IMG/VR virus record: IMGVR_UViG_3300037484_000333
Location: 8,635-72,634 of that record
Length of the DNA stretch: 64,000 bases
From: a virus
Lineage: Duplodnaviria; Caudoviricetes
Reading direction: 5' to 3' (one strand)
The notes beneath the pieces were generated by a model. That model did not search any database. It was not told the DNA's origin and saw nothing but the letters and a program-made list of their open reading frames with translations. The position numbers were made by a program, and so were the translations under genes. Position 1 is the stretch's first letter; the number at the start of each line of letters is the position of its first letter. Of this stretch, positions 9,477 through 20,389 are shown piece after piece.

Positions 9477-12400
9477 TTGCATATAAGGTTAACCACAGCC
9501 GGTGGACGCCTTCTAGCAAAGCTAGGCTGCACTGACCAATTAGTCTCGGCCGGTGGTGTTCTATATGATTCACTACCTCTTAGCACTGTCATAGCTCCAT
9601 CAGCTAGCACATTTTGGCGGGCTTGGTTCGGGCCTGCAGGTGAAGAAGGTAAGATACAGGTTGATGGTATTACCAACCTTCTAACTGGTACTTACCCTGA
9701 CAAGACTACCAAGACCATGCCTGCAGGGTTCCGTAACATCCACGGTTGCGAGTACGCATCAGATGTCGATAGAGTTTTCTTGTGCACCCGTCTTGGAGCT
9801 ACTGGCAGCACTGGCCCGTACCGCCTAATACGGATAAACCCCGATGACCTCGATGACTACGTTTACTATGAGGCGTCTTCTGCAAACTACTGGCGTGCTG
9901 ACTATCTAATGATAGTGGGTACCAGGGTCTTTGTGTTTTACCAAGACGCAGCCAACCCCACTAAACTATTGATTGACGAGTTCGATACTGAGGATGATGC
10001 ACAACCCCTAACCAAGGTCGCCACTCACGACCTTGGTACAACTTACGGTAGTGCTTGGCAGGCCGATACCGACAACACTTATATGTATATCGGAACTGAT
10101 GCTACCGAACTTTCCGGAACCGGTCACTACATTGTAAAGGTGCAGATCAGTGATATGACGGTGGTAGATAATGCCCAACTGACTGGTACTTGGGATGCCC
10201 ACCGAGGAACCGGTAGTGTGCTCTATGACTCGGAAACCGGCTCTGTGTTTATGGGGTGTCAAGGTGGCGCATTTATCCATAAGGTTAGTGCATCAGACCT
10301 GTCTAGTGAAGTAGTCCAGGGATACCCGTTAAAACACCTTAATGGGGAAACGAAGTCCAGTGAACTTATATCAACTACTGGGTATATATACCTAACTCTA
10401 GAGGGTGGGGCAAGTGTCCCCAACTACGTCGAGGGGCACGTTCTCAAAATTAGCAAGACTGACTTGGCTGACTATGAGGTAATACAGGCCGGGTCTGCGT
10501 CTAACAAGTCGGGATGGGTAGGTTTGCCAGAGCCTGACGGTGACTATATCTGGGTCGGATGGGCTGAAGGGGAGTTTGTACGAATTAAGGTGTCCGATGG
10601 TAGCCAGCAACACTTCTGGTTTCCTGAAACCCAGGTAGCAGAAAGTTGTTTTGCAGGCAGCAGAAACAAGTGGATACTGGGTACTTGGGACGACCCATGC
10701 AAGATAGTTAGAGTAGTCAACCATGTATCGGCAGATAATAGCCAACTCACCAGCTTAGCTCCACGATCCTCATGGGTTCCTGTTAGGCTATTCACTCAAA
10801 AGGACGGAACTATTACCGCCCTAGAGGCCTATACCGATGGTAGCAATAGTCTCGGCACTGGAGTGAACCTTAAAGGGAATACTGCTACCGACTATACAGA
10901 GCCCACCACTACCGAGCTTAACACCACTAATTATCCGACTTTAGCTGGAGCCACCGTTGACGCATTTGGTTGGACCTCCGGCTCACCTAAGTCCATTACA
11001 GGGTCGGCAACTGAAGCCGGTGATATCGGTGACTTCTTAGTCTTGCAAGTTAGCCTGGACTCTAATGCAGCTGGATGTACTACACCAACTGATACTCTAA
11101 CCCCCGTTTATACTACCGGCGGAAGCGATATAACCAAGACCGTAACTCTATATACAGAGTCAGAGAAGATCATATCAGCTGTCACGTCCACTGCTTCAGC
11201 TGCTGCCTTGTTGACCTCTGTCGCTGATAATATAGAAGTGCTTGCGGAAGTAGCTACTGTTAATGCAGCTGCCCTATCTCTAATAGTCGGTATTAGTAAA
11301 GCTATAGTTGTACCTGTTTCTGAGGCCGGTGCCACTGCCATTGCTCCTTCGACCTCAGCTGGAGTTATCATACTACCAGATGTTGAAGAAGCCGACGCCG
11401 TAGTATTCTCGCCTCTGATCTCAATAGGCTTGGCTAGGGCTCCTCCGGCAATTGAGGCTGCAGCCGTTGCTAATATACCATCTATCTCCACAGAAGCTAT
11501 CATTAGTGTACCTACTTCTACTGCGTCGTCAGAAGCGCCACCTCCAGAAATTCTGACTTCCGTAACCTTTGCTATAGCGTTTGCAGAGGCCCCAATCCCC
11601 ATCGTTACAACAGGAGCTACAATCACGTCTCCAGTGGCAGAAGCATCTGTAGAGACTTTAGCACCTGCTATCTCTACTGGAGCCGATGTCATACTTGAGC
11701 AACCAGCTATTTCGACAGCTGAGGCCCCTATTCCCACAATTTCGGCTAGTACTACCATATCCTCTCCAACCGCCACGGCCAGCTCCTCCATTGGTACTAC
11801 CATCATCGGCATTGGTAAAGCTATTGCACCACCAGTTGCCACATCTAACGGTTCTGCAATTCCGCCCCTGAGGACTTATGGGGTCTACGTTCAAATCGAC
11901 GGCGAGTCCAACGACGCCTATGAGTACGAGTTTAACGGCGGAGTCAACGTTGATAACTTCGAGATATTAGTCGTATCAGACGCAAGTGCTGAAGACAGGT
12001 ACTGGGGCGGCCTCCGATTTACTGGTGGAACTTGGCCTTCCTATGGCTCCACCATCACAGCAGCCCGTATCTCCATTCACATACCGTCTATAGTTGGAGA
12101 CGACCCTAACTGTGACATCTATGCAGAGGCTTCGGCCAACCCGTCGGCATTCACCACCGCCACTAATAACATCAGTGGCCGGACAAAGACCTCAGCCTCA
12201 GCTGAGTGGATAGCCAACGGTCTAGGAACAGGTTGGAAAAACTCTCCATCGCTAGTAACAATCATACAGGAGCTTGTGGACTCTTACAACATTGAGTCTA
12301 TAGCCCTAATAATACAACCTAATACTGACGTTAGTAAGTCCCTGATCATAGACGCTTGGGATGAATCCTCTCACACCCTTGGGGCCATCCTACACCTGGA

Positions 12401-15194
12401 GTGGGAGGAGCCCAGCCTCGGTGTAACCTACGCAACCATAGCTACGTCTAGTGCGGCAGCCATAGCCCCAAGTATCTCTACGGGAACTACTATAGAGATA
12501 CCGACAGCTGAGGCTAGCGCCGCTGCAGCCACAGTTGGAATTGGTGGTAGCACACAAATAGATGCGCCTGCAGCTAGTGCATCATCGGCTCTTATTGCAC
12601 CGACAGCCTATGGTCGGTATGGGTGCACTATCAGTGTAAGTGCCAATACTGATGACGCTATGGAGCGAGAGTCGTCTGGAGTTGTTTGGACCGACGACTT
12701 CTATATATATGTGCAGTCCGATACTGATCAATCTACTAGGTATTGGGTAGGTCTAAGATTTACTGGTGGGCCGTTCCCCAATAGAGGGGATACCATTGAT
12801 ACTGCCTACCTGCGAATCAACGTCACTGACGAGATCGATGGTGATAACGCCAACCTAGACATATATGCTCAAGACCGTGCTAACCCAACTACCTTCACCA
12901 CCGATGCATACAACATTACTCGTAGTAGGCCCAGGACTTCTAGCTACACAGAATGGGTATCTGACAGCCTTGGCACTGGATGGGTTCAGTCACCGTCCAT
13001 AGTTGACGTCATTCAAGAGCTTGTCAATTCCTATGACATAACATCAGTCGTCCTTACTCTCAGTCCGAATACCGACGCTACCAAACTCCTAACCCTGTGG
13101 GCTCACGATTGGTCTGGTGGTACTTTTGCTGCACAGCTGCATTTGGAATGGACTCCTCTATCGGGAGGTGTTTCCCCGACTGCAGCAGCAGATGCGGCGG
13201 CTCTAATCCCTTCGGTCCACGCTAGTTGCACAATAACTTCTCCAATTGCTACCGCGACTAGTGCTACACCCACACCGACAGCCTCAACTGGCGCAGAAAT
13301 ACTATCACCAATTGCCACGGCTTCTGCCAACGCACTAATAATCTCCACTATCGGTGGAGTAAGCATATCCGCCGAGACATCTGAGGCCAGCGCAACCACA
13401 CCAAACCCGTCTGTAAAGACTGGAGCCACCATATCATCGCCAGTTGCTACGGCCTCTGCTCAGGCTATTGGGCCTTCCACATCTTATGGTACAACCATAG
13501 AAGCCGAAGTCGCCACCGCCACTGCTAGTGTGTTCAGCAGCGGAGGATCGTCTGTCATCTATCAAGTAGACCAAAGCTCAGATGACGCCGACGAGTACGC
13601 GCAGGCAGACGGGCTTGTAGTACCAGGCGGGACTTCCGTACGGGTAATAGTGGGAATTGCTACGTATTGGGGGGGAGTGCGGTTTAGGACTGGGAGTTTC
13701 CCAACTCTTGGATCGACGATCACCAGTGCCTACCTAACGATTCAGTGCAGGGACGAGTCTGTTGATGATGCAAACTTTGAAATCTATGGGGACGATAGGG
13801 AGGACCCGTCGACCTTCACTGACACCAATTACGACATATCGAGCCGGACACTGACGTCGGCCTTTGTGTCGTGGGTTGAAGATAGTATAGGCGCTGGGTG
13901 GGCACAGTCTCCCTCAATCGTCGATGTGATCCAGGAGCTGGTAGACGCCTACAACGTAGCATCCATCGCCTTGGTACTGAAGCCTCTGAGCGGGAGCAGG
14001 CTAGCTAGGTTCCATTCTTGGGATGAGGCCAGCCACGTCCTCGGAGCAAAGCTATACCTAACGTGGGAAGGACCTCTCGTATCCACTGGGGTTACGGTTG
14101 TTCCGGACGAAGCGGCAGCCAGTGCCGAAGCCCTTGGACCAAATATTGGTGGAAGTCTAACTGTATACGCTACCGTATCTGCATCCAACGCAGATGCCCC
14201 AATACCGGTAATCTCAGTTGGTTGCACAATCTCAGTACCAGTTGCTGAGGCGAACGGGGAAGCGTATCCCGCATCGACTGCCCTTGGATGGGCTCAAATA
14301 TTTGCAGAGGTATCCGTTGCAACAGCAGAAACCCCAGCTCCAGAGTTTGGTGGAAGTGCTACAATACTGGCAACTGTTGCCCAAGCCTCTGCCGAAATAC
14401 AACTACCCACAATAGACCTGGCAGTACCAGTCCCAACATCTACGGCCAGTGCGGCCACACCGGCTCCAACGCTATCGGCTGGAAGTTTAATAACCTCACC
14501 AGTAGCCCAATCCTCTGCATCAATACCGACAGTGGCAGTCGCAGCTGGAACGACTATTCCAGTACCTGTGGCCACTGCAGGTTGTGTAGCCAAGACTTCG
14601 ACAATCCATACTGGGGTAACCATATCTCCGCCAAGAGCTGTTGCCAATGCTACAGCCCGTACTGCTACAGTCGGGGTAGTTGCCCACGTTGGTGTTACAG
14701 CCACAGTTGCTACGGCTTCTGCCGAAACTCCTACCCCTATGATCCAGTGGGAAGTATGGACCTTAGAGTTGGGTACGAGCCTACCGTCTGTTCTAGCCAA
14801 ACAAGGACTGTGGGGTAAATATCTACCATCGGCTGCTAGGATAGACAACATCGTTGGTCCTACGATGGTCAACAACGGGCTACACAGCGGGCTGGTTGTA
14901 AGAGTCAGGATTACGAGTACCACTGGCGCACCCACCGTGACTCCAGAAATGCACTACTGGGACTCTGGTTCGGGCAAGTGGGTAAGCTACATTAACGGCC
15001 CACAATATAGTGCCACTGGCGAGTTCGAGTGGATTTTCTCACCGATAGGTATTGCTACCACCAATTGGTCTCCTATGGGATCAGGTAACATAACCAGAAT
15101 GATAGCTCCAGTACCTGCTGTATGGAGGGTAGGGTTCTATCACGGCAATACCGATAGTATAACTTATAGCGCAATGTATCAGTACATGGCATAA
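9477..15194 (+). CDS. 1905-aa modular tail fibre/surface protein
   Basis: Propeller-like N-terminal region, Ala/Ser/Thr/Pro ~25-aa repeats, three ~175-aa DNRLRE-like domains, and a C-terminal domain paralogous to the next ORF. Confidence 0.7.
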   Translation: MHIRLTTAGGRLLAKLGCTDQLVSAGGVLYDSLPLSTVIAPSASTFWRAWFGPAGEEGKIQVDGITNLLTGTYPDKTTKTMPAGFRNIHGCEYASDVDRVFLCTRLGATGSTGPYRLIRINPDDLDDYVYYEASSANYWRADYLMIVGTRVFVFYQDAANPTKLLIDEFDTEDDAQPLTKVATHDLGTTYGSAWQADTDNTYMYIGTDATELSGTGHYIVKVQISDMTVVDNAQLTGTWDAHRGTGSVLYDSETGSVFMGCQGGAFIHKVSASDLSSEVVQGYPLKHLNGETKSSELISTTGYIYLTLEGGASVPNYVEGHVLKISKTDLADYEVIQAGSASNKSGWVGLPEPDGDYIWVGWAEGEFVRIKVSDGSQQHFWFPETQVAESCFAGSRNKWILGTWDDPCKIVRVVNHVSADNSQLTSLAPRSSWVPVRLFTQKDGTITALEAYTDGSNSLGTGVNLKGNTATDYTEPTTTELNTTNYPTLAGATVDAFGWTSGSPKSITGSATEAGDIGDFLVLQVSLDSNAAGCTTPTDTLTPVYTTGGSDITKTVTLYTESEKIISAVTSTASAAALLTSVADNIEVLAEVATVNAAALSLIVGISKAIVVPVSEAGATAIAPSTSAGVIILPDVEEADAVVFSPLISIGLARAPPAIEAAAVANIPSISTEAIISVPTSTASSEAPPPEILTSVTFAIAFAEAPIPIVTTGATITSPVAEASVETLAPAISTGADVILEQPAISTAEAPIPTISASTTISSPTATASSSIGTTIIGIGKAIAPPVATSNGSAIPPLRTYGVYVQIDGESNDAYEYEFNGGVNVDNFEILVVSDASAEDRYWGGLRFTGGTWPSYGSTITAARISIHIPSIVGDDPNCDIYAEASANPSAFTTATNNISGRTKTSASAEWIANGLGTGWKNSPSLVTIIQELVDSYNIESIALIIQPNTDVSKSLIIDAWDESSHTLGAILHLEWEEPSLGVTYATIATSSAAAIAPSISTGTTIEIPTAEASAAAATVGIGGSTQIDAPAASASSALIAPTAYGRYGCTISVSANTDDAMERESSGVVWTDDFYIYVQSDTDQSTRYWVGLRFTGGPFPNRGDTIDTAYLRINVTDEIDGDNANLDIYAQDRANPTTFTTDAYNITRSRPRTSSYTEWVSDSLGTGWVQSPSIVDVIQELVNSYDITSVVLTLSPNTDATKLLTLWAHDWSGGTFAAQLHLEWTPLSGGVSPTAAADAAALIPSVHASCTITSPIATATSATPTPTASTGAEILSPIATASANALIISTIGGVSISAETSEASATTPNPSVKTGATISSPVATASAQAIGPSTSYGTTIEAEVATATASVFSSGGSSVIYQVDQSSDDADEYAQADGLVVPGGTSVRVIVGIATYWGGVRFRTGSFPTLGSTITSAYLTIQCRDESVDDANFEIYGDDREDPSTFTDTNYDISSRTLTSAFVSWVEDSIGAGWAQSPSIVDVIQELVDAYNVASIALVLKPLSGSRLARFHSWDEASHVLGAKLYLTWEGPLVSTGVTVVPDEAAASAEALGPNIGGSLTVYATVSASNADAPIPVISVGCTISVPVAEANGEAYPASTALGWAQIFAEVSVATAETPAPEFGGSATILATVAQASAEIQLPTIDLAVPVPTSTASAATPAPTLSAGSLITSPVAQSSASIPTVAVAAGTTIPVPVATAGCVAKTSTIHTGVTISPPRAVANATARTATVGVVAHVGVTATVATASAETPTPMIQWEVWTLELGTSLPSVLAKQGLWGKYLPSAARIDNIVGPTMVNNGLHSGLVVRVRITSTTGAPTVTPEMHYWDSGSGKWVSYINGPQYSATGEFEWIFSPIGIATTNWSPMGSGNITRMIAPVPAVWRVGFYHGNTDSITYSAMYQYMA
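11878..14070 (+). repeat. Three diverged copies of a ~175-aa DNRLRE-like domain
   Basis: Approximately 11878-12410, 12617-13155 and 13551-14070; shared DDA.E...YW.G.RF.....P..G.TI..A...GTGW..SPS.V..IQELV...L.L.W. Confidence 0.8.
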
Positions 15195-15229
15195 TAGTAG
15201 TTTATAATAGAAGAAGGAGGTTATATATA

Positions 15230-15631
15230 ATGGCGAGATCAAGTCAAGCTAAATGGGGAGTTCTCCTGGAGTCGGCAGCTCGAACAGTTGACACCTACAG
15301 CGAGGTCATGATCAATGACTATGGGTGTCGTGGGCTTCTTATCAGGATTCGCGTCTCTGCCGGTACTCCCAACACGGTCACTCCAAGGTTGGAGTACCTG
15401 GACGTGGCTGCAGGCACATGGGAGAACTACCTATCGGCAACAGCTTTAGCCGCTAGCACAGAGCAGGATTGGGTAATATACCCACTAGGGTATGCTGCAG
15501 CCAGCTGGAGTATAGCCACCAGCAACAGAGACATCCAAATAGCACCACTCCCAACCCACTGGCGTCTATTTATGGATGTCACCAGTACGGCTTCGGTCAC
15601 CTACAGTGTAGGTTACCAGTACTTAGCATAA
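15230..15631 (+). CDS. Structural protein paralogous to the C-terminal domain of the 1905-aa protein
   Basis: GLLIRIRV..TVTP..EY.D...GTW..YL...IAPLPTHWRL...TYSVGYQYLA aligns with the upstream C-terminus. Confidence 0.65.
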   Translation: MARSSQAKWGVLLESAARTVDTYSEVMINDYGCRGLLIRIRVSAGTPNTVTPRLEYLDVAAGTWENYLSATALAASTEQDWVIYPLGYAAASWSIATSNRDIQIAPLPTHWRLFMDVTSTASVTYSVGYQYLA

Positions 15632-15654
15632 TGATTTGGGGAGGAAGTCCTAAG

Positions 15655-15924
15655 ATGCACCCACGGTTGGGCAAGTTGCAAGAGAGGATTGATAGGGGTG
15701 GTGGGAAGGTTGGTATGCCAGCGCTCATAGAACTTGCTAATGCTCTTGACGAGGTGCTGACAAGGCTGGAGAGGATAGAAGGTTTGCTACCACCCATAGA
15801 GGCTTATATGGTACAGGAGACAAGGACCAACGAGATAGCATCAGTGGAGAGTGTATTGAACTTAGCGAGGAGACTACAGAAGGTAGAAGCGGAGGTAAGT
15901 AGAAATCGACGTACAGTGGGTTAG
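15655..15924 (+). CDS. Coiled-coil hypothetical protein (89 aa)
   Basis: SD GGGAGG then ATG at 15655. Confidence 0.5.
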   Translation: MHPRLGKLQERIDRGGGKVGMPALIELANALDEVLTRLERIEGLLPPIEAYMVQETRTNEIASVESVLNLARRLQKVEAEVSRNRRTVG

Positions 15925-16756
15925 CCTAGAAGAACTTAAAGACGAAATACGGACTTACCTGAGGGACTCTAGTACCACTGACCCACGGTGGACAGATGCC
16001 GAGATATTCCAGTCCGTCAGGGATGGTATCAGGCTGATGTCTCCGTTTGTCTTTACCACTGATGACTATGAACAAGTAGTTACTTCCGGTACTTACCGAT
16101 ATACCCTGCCTGATTACGTCTACAAGGTTAGGAGTGTTAAGGGTAGAGATACCAGTAGTACTGGTGATTGGACAGACCTTAGTTACTGGGAACAGGTCAG
16201 AGGAGTAACCAATAACTACTTCTATATTAGACGGTCGTATGGTGATTGGACTCTTATCCTTAAGTATGATAGGAATATGCCAGAGGTTATCGGCAACCTG
16301 ATATTGGGAGGTGATATGACCAACTCCGCTGCCGAGATGACGTTGGCGGCAGCCTCAGATAGCACGGCGGTAAGGTTGGAATCATTTGGGTACTTGAAGG
16401 TTGGCAATGAGATCGTGTCTCATACTGGGGTTTATGATACTAGTACCCACAAGCTGACAGTCTTGACTAGAGGGCAAAGAGGCACTACTGCTGTGGTGCA
16501 TACTAGTGGGGATGAGGTCAGCCCCATGATAGAAGTACCTAGCTCCAGGATTTATCCCTGGCTTATAGACTACTCTATGGGGAAACTGCACAGGATGCGA
16601 CTGACGGGAGTGGCCAGTGCAGACCTGGCAGGGGATGTTACCGCTATGAGGGAATATGACGCTGCGGCTGAGAGGAACTTGAGAAGGATTATACCACCTA
16701 AAAGTAGCAGGATCATATTCGAGAGGCCGAGGCGCTATTGGAAGAAGAGTACATAG
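15905..16756 (+). CDS. Head-tail adaptor (tail tubular A-like), predicted ATC start
   Basis: SD GGAGG, 9 nt, ATC; in-frame TAA at 15896. N-terminus SLEELKDEIRTYLRD...WTDAEIFQSVRDG is the typical adaptor helix and lies upstream of the first ATG (16037). Confidence 0.7.
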   Translation: MDVQWVSLEELKDEIRTYLRDSSTTDPRWTDAEIFQSVRDGIRLMSPFVFTTDDYEQVVTSGTYRYTLPDYVYKVRSVKGRDTSSTGDWTDLSYWEQVRGVTNNYFYIRRSYGDWTLILKYDRNMPEVIGNLILGGDMTNSAAEMTLAAASDSTAVRLESFGYLKVGNEIVSHTGVYDTSTHKLTVLTRGQRGTTAVVHTSGDEVSPMIEVPSSRIYPWLIDYSMGKLHRMRLTGVASADLAGDVTAMREYDAAAERNLRRIIPPKSSRIIFERPRRYWKKST

Positions 16757-19700
16757 TTGGCTGACCTATCTGACGCTGGGACTAAGTATGACCTGGTCCT
16801 CGACGACCTAGGTCTTATGCTAGCTGGCCTTATGACAAGGGTTGAGGTTACCAACCTCATGCCCAGGGTCTCTATGGCCACAGACCAAAAGCAATACCAC
16901 GACTTCTCAGAGCTGGAGGTATTCGGCCAGCAGAACTTCCATCATGGCAGAGGACAGCTTAACATGGAAGAGACTGACCGCTTCTATGACAGCTGGAACA
17001 TGGACTTGCGGTTTCCTGGTAAAGCCTTTCCAGCCCTCGCTCCTACAGAGTCAGGAGACCTAGCCGGTGCTATTAACGATATGGTTTATTACGAGCACCA
17101 CGCTGGTACTGGTAGAGATAGGACCTTGTTTGCAGTGGCAGAGACTGGTGCTGCTACCACCACCAATACTATTACCGCCAGTGCTGATGACGTTGAGGAG
17201 GGAAGTGACACCACCTACGACGCCACATCTACCACTGCTAAGGTGGGGGCATACCCAGCTGCTGTTACAGTTAACATCCCTATCGACTCTGGAGCCTACG
17301 ATGCGTATCAGATATATTACCAGCTAGCTTACACCGAGTATCCAACAGGTAGTAACCTAAGAGTAGGCACCGACTACTCTCCATATGGATCGGCTAAACA
17401 AAGATCATACCTCAGCTTCCCAACTGGTGATAGTTTGCCTGATGGTGTGACGATTACTTCTGCCTCACTGTTCTTCTACCTAGAAAACAATTATACTAAC
17501 ACGAACTTCAACCTTAGGGTTCGTAAGCACCCTGGATGGACACCAACACTAGCAGACGATGACTGGAGGACTGATGGGCACCAACTAAACGCCGATTGGA
17601 GTACTGTTCAACTAACCAGCGGGTGGCACGAGATATCTCTAAATGCCAGCCCATCCTATCTGACTGACATCAGTTCTACAGCCAGGACTGAGCTTTGTTT
17701 AAGTAGCGATAGGGAGGAGACAGGGGCTACCGTAACCCACGATGAGTACTTCTCCATGTACTCTTACGAGTATGGCGATCACTCCAGGGCTCCATACTTG
17801 AGGGTTACCTATACTTCAGGACTTGGTAGCTTCGACATGGGATTGAGGTTCCAAAGCGTGGCAATACCTAATGCTGCCAACCCTACCTCCGCTAAGATAA
17901 CGGTGAAGGTTAGTGAGGTAATAGCCTCCACCGCCGTAAGGATTTATGGGTTGATGGAATCAGCCGGACAAGCTTCGTTGGATGCATTTAGCTCGTCTAC
18001 TGATAGGCCGTCACAAAAGCTTAAAACCGCCAGCTACGTGGCGTGGACTGTATCTACTAGTGGAGTTCAAGATACACCAGACTTATCCACTGTGGTCAAT
18101 GAGATAGTAGATAAGGCTACTTGGGCTTCTAACAGCCATATGGGATTTGTGTTCTTAGACCAGGGTAATGCCGAAAACCATTACTGTAAGATAGTTACCT
18201 ATGATGGAGACCCAACTAACGATGCCGTTCTCACCGTAGACTATACCGGTAGTGGGGCCAATAAGATTTACTACCTCCACTCCAGTACTTCCGTGTGGAC
18301 TGACGAAGATGCGACACCTGGAACTACGGGTCTAGCTACTAGTGGTGGAGGTGGATCAGACGTTGAGGTCTTTAATCATATGCTGGTAGTGGCCCAACAT
18401 AACACAGCTAATGCCAGGAAGTATAGGCCAGGGGACACTCCTGCGTGGGACGACCTGGGAGTTAAGGCCAAGTTCTTCAAGACCCATGACGGCTGCCTAT
18501 GGCGGGCTACCTACAACCCTACCGAAACGCTGGGAGTGCAGTCACCAAGGTGGGAAGTCCACTATTCTGCCAATGCCGATGCCGACACACCCACATGGTC
18601 TGAGATAACCTTGCTACGATCTCCAACACCCATAACAGGTCTAGACTCATATTCCAACCTCCTTACCGTCCACTATGAAGATGGTATGTGGCAGGTTGAG
18701 AAGGACCCGCAAGGGAGCTATAGAGCCTTCAGGCCTATCAACCAAACGCCGGTAAGAGATGTGTATAATGGTAGAGCCCATGTTGTATTCAAAGAACGTT
18801 ACTACTATTCAGAGCGGCATGGCATGGTTGAATACGATGGTAATGGTATTCAGTATATGGGGCCTGATAGAGCAGACATAGACCCTGAGTTGGACCCTAA
18901 TAGCATGAGCCTTGTGGCTTCAAATAGGGGGCCAATCATAGGCCTGACTCAAGATGGGGAGTTCATGTGGGCATTGACCTACTCTCCATATACCTATACC
19001 CCCAACCAGAATGTGTTGGTGTTTAACAGCCAGGGGTGGAGTCACTATGCTTCAGGTCCTTCTGGTACAGCCTCTAACAATGGTGTCATACACTACCAAG
19101 CTAGGATAATTGCTTCATCTAATCCTAAGCTTAATAGCTATGATACCCTATGGTTTACTGCAGGGTCCAAGATATACTATATAGCGTTTGACCCATACTT
19201 CAGGGACCCGTCAGCCTACGACGCAGTCAATGGTAGTGCCTTCCAAACCTCCTGTAAACTGAAGACCAGTTGGCACGGCCCACTACCTATAGTACCTAAA
19301 AACTGGATGCGGCTACTGGTTGACTGGACAAGGGTAGAGGGCATAGTATCCTCCCTGTCCGCTACGTTCATAAACGATGGTGGTAATGGGCTGGCCCTCC
19401 CCACCATATACTCATCTGGGTTGTTAGAAACTAACATACCATTTGGAAACCTGAGTTTGGAGGGGGTAGTTGGTAGGCGTGCTAGGTGCATATTCACACT
19501 TACTACCGCTGCTTCTACCTACAGCCGTCCACCTATGTTTAACGGTTACAACTACCGGTATGCTTATAGACCGTCTCCTAGGTTGGGGTGGACTATACCA
19601 GCAGCTGTGTACGCTGAGCAAGACCTGTTGGATAGGACTAAGGAGTCAGTGGCTACACTAACCACCAGAAGGAAGCTACAGCAGCTGGCTGGGCAATCGC

Positions 19701-20389
19701 CCCTTAAGTTTAATGATGGCAGCCCGCCAATATCTGCCTTCAATGAGCTGTATAACCCCAGCTTTGAAGGGCCGTTTACTGGTACCACCCCTCAGTACTG
19801 GTCAGAGTTTAACGGACCAATAGGTGGGGAGATGTCATACCTGAAAGCTCCTGTATCTAACCCTGGTGGATACTCCTGGAGTTTGACCTTCGGGAATTCC
19901 TGTGGACTAAGAACCACCCAGACATTCTCTCTTAGCCCAGGTGTCGGATGTAGAGCCTCAGTTTGGGGAATGTCCTCTAGCTCGACCGACCAAGTAGGTG
20001 TGGAGATAAGAATATCATCTACTAACGTCTTAGTGGCTAGTAACTACACCAGTGGTGTTGGGTGGGTCAGGGCGTCTGTATCCTATAACCCTTCGGCAGC
20101 TGAGACCGTCTACATGGCGGTTGTTAAGACTACCGCATCAATGACCCGTACTTACTTTGATTGTGCGGAACTTATACTGGATAAGGATTACCCGCTAACG
20201 GAGTACTTGGATGGCGAGCAGCCAAGGTGTGCGTGGACGGGAGTTCCACATGCCTCAAGGTCTGAGAGACGAGGGTACTGGTTGGTATATATAACAGGTC
20301 TGACCGAGGCTAACAGATTTGGTTCAGAGACGGCTGCTGGTACTGAGACCTGGGGTTCGCAAGTCACCCTAGCCTTGAGGGAAGTCTAG
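16757..20389 (+). CDS. Tail nozzle/stabilisation-like protein with inserted DNRLRE-like and CBM-like domains
   Basis: Follows the adaptor; YDLVLDDLGLML...NFHHGRGQ...RFYDS N-terminus; propeller-like core; NELYNPSFEG CBM-like C-terminal domain. Confidence 0.6.
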   Translation: MADLSDAGTKYDLVLDDLGLMLAGLMTRVEVTNLMPRVSMATDQKQYHDFSELEVFGQQNFHHGRGQLNMEETDRFYDSWNMDLRFPGKAFPALAPTESGDLAGAINDMVYYEHHAGTGRDRTLFAVAETGAATTTNTITASADDVEEGSDTTYDATSTTAKVGAYPAAVTVNIPIDSGAYDAYQIYYQLAYTEYPTGSNLRVGTDYSPYGSAKQRSYLSFPTGDSLPDGVTITSASLFFYLENNYTNTNFNLRVRKHPGWTPTLADDDWRTDGHQLNADWSTVQLTSGWHEISLNASPSYLTDISSTARTELCLSSDREETGATVTHDEYFSMYSYEYGDHSRAPYLRVTYTSGLGSFDMGLRFQSVAIPNAANPTSAKITVKVSEVIASTAVRIYGLMESAGQASLDAFSSSTDRPSQKLKTASYVAWTVSTSGVQDTPDLSTVVNEIVDKATWASNSHMGFVFLDQGNAENHYCKIVTYDGDPTNDAVLTVDYTGSGANKIYYLHSSTSVWTDEDATPGTTGLATSGGGGSDVEVFNHMLVVAQHNTANARKYRPGDTPAWDDLGVKAKFFKTHDGCLWRATYNPTETLGVQSPRWEVHYSANADADTPTWSEITLLRSPTPITGLDSYSNLLTVHYEDGMWQVEKDPQGSYRAFRPINQTPVRDVYNGRAHVVFKERYYYSERHGMVEYDGNGIQYMGPDRADIDPELDPNSMSLVASNRGPIIGLTQDGEFMWALTYSPYTYTPNQNVLVFNSQGWSHYASGPSGTASNNGVIHYQARIIASSNPKLNSYDTLWFTAGSKIYYIAFDPYFRDPSAYDAVNGSAFQTSCKLKTSWHGPLPIVPKNWMRLLVDWTRVEGIVSSLSATFINDGGNGLALPTIYSSGLLETNIPFGNLSLEGVVGRRARCIFTLTTAASTYSRPPMFNGYNYRYAYRPSPRLGWTIPAAVYAEQDLLDRTKESVATLTTRRKLQQLAGQSPLKFNDGSPPISAFNELYNPSFEGPFTGTTPQYWSEFNGPIGGEMSYLKAPVSNPGGYSWSLTFGNSCGLRTTQTFSLSPGVGCRASVWGMSSSSTDQVGVEIRISSTNVLVASNYTSGVGWVRASVSYNPSAAETVYMAVVKTTASMTRTYFDCAELILDKDYPLTEYLDGEQPRCAWTGVPHASRSERRGYWLVYITGLTEANRFGSETAAGTETWGSQVTLALREV

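Noticed and set aside
8058-20389. Diversity-generating retroelement acting on the fibre/beta-helix genes
   Set aside because: No reverse transcriptase and no near-identical TR/VR pair differing at adenines; the repeats are old protein-level duplications.
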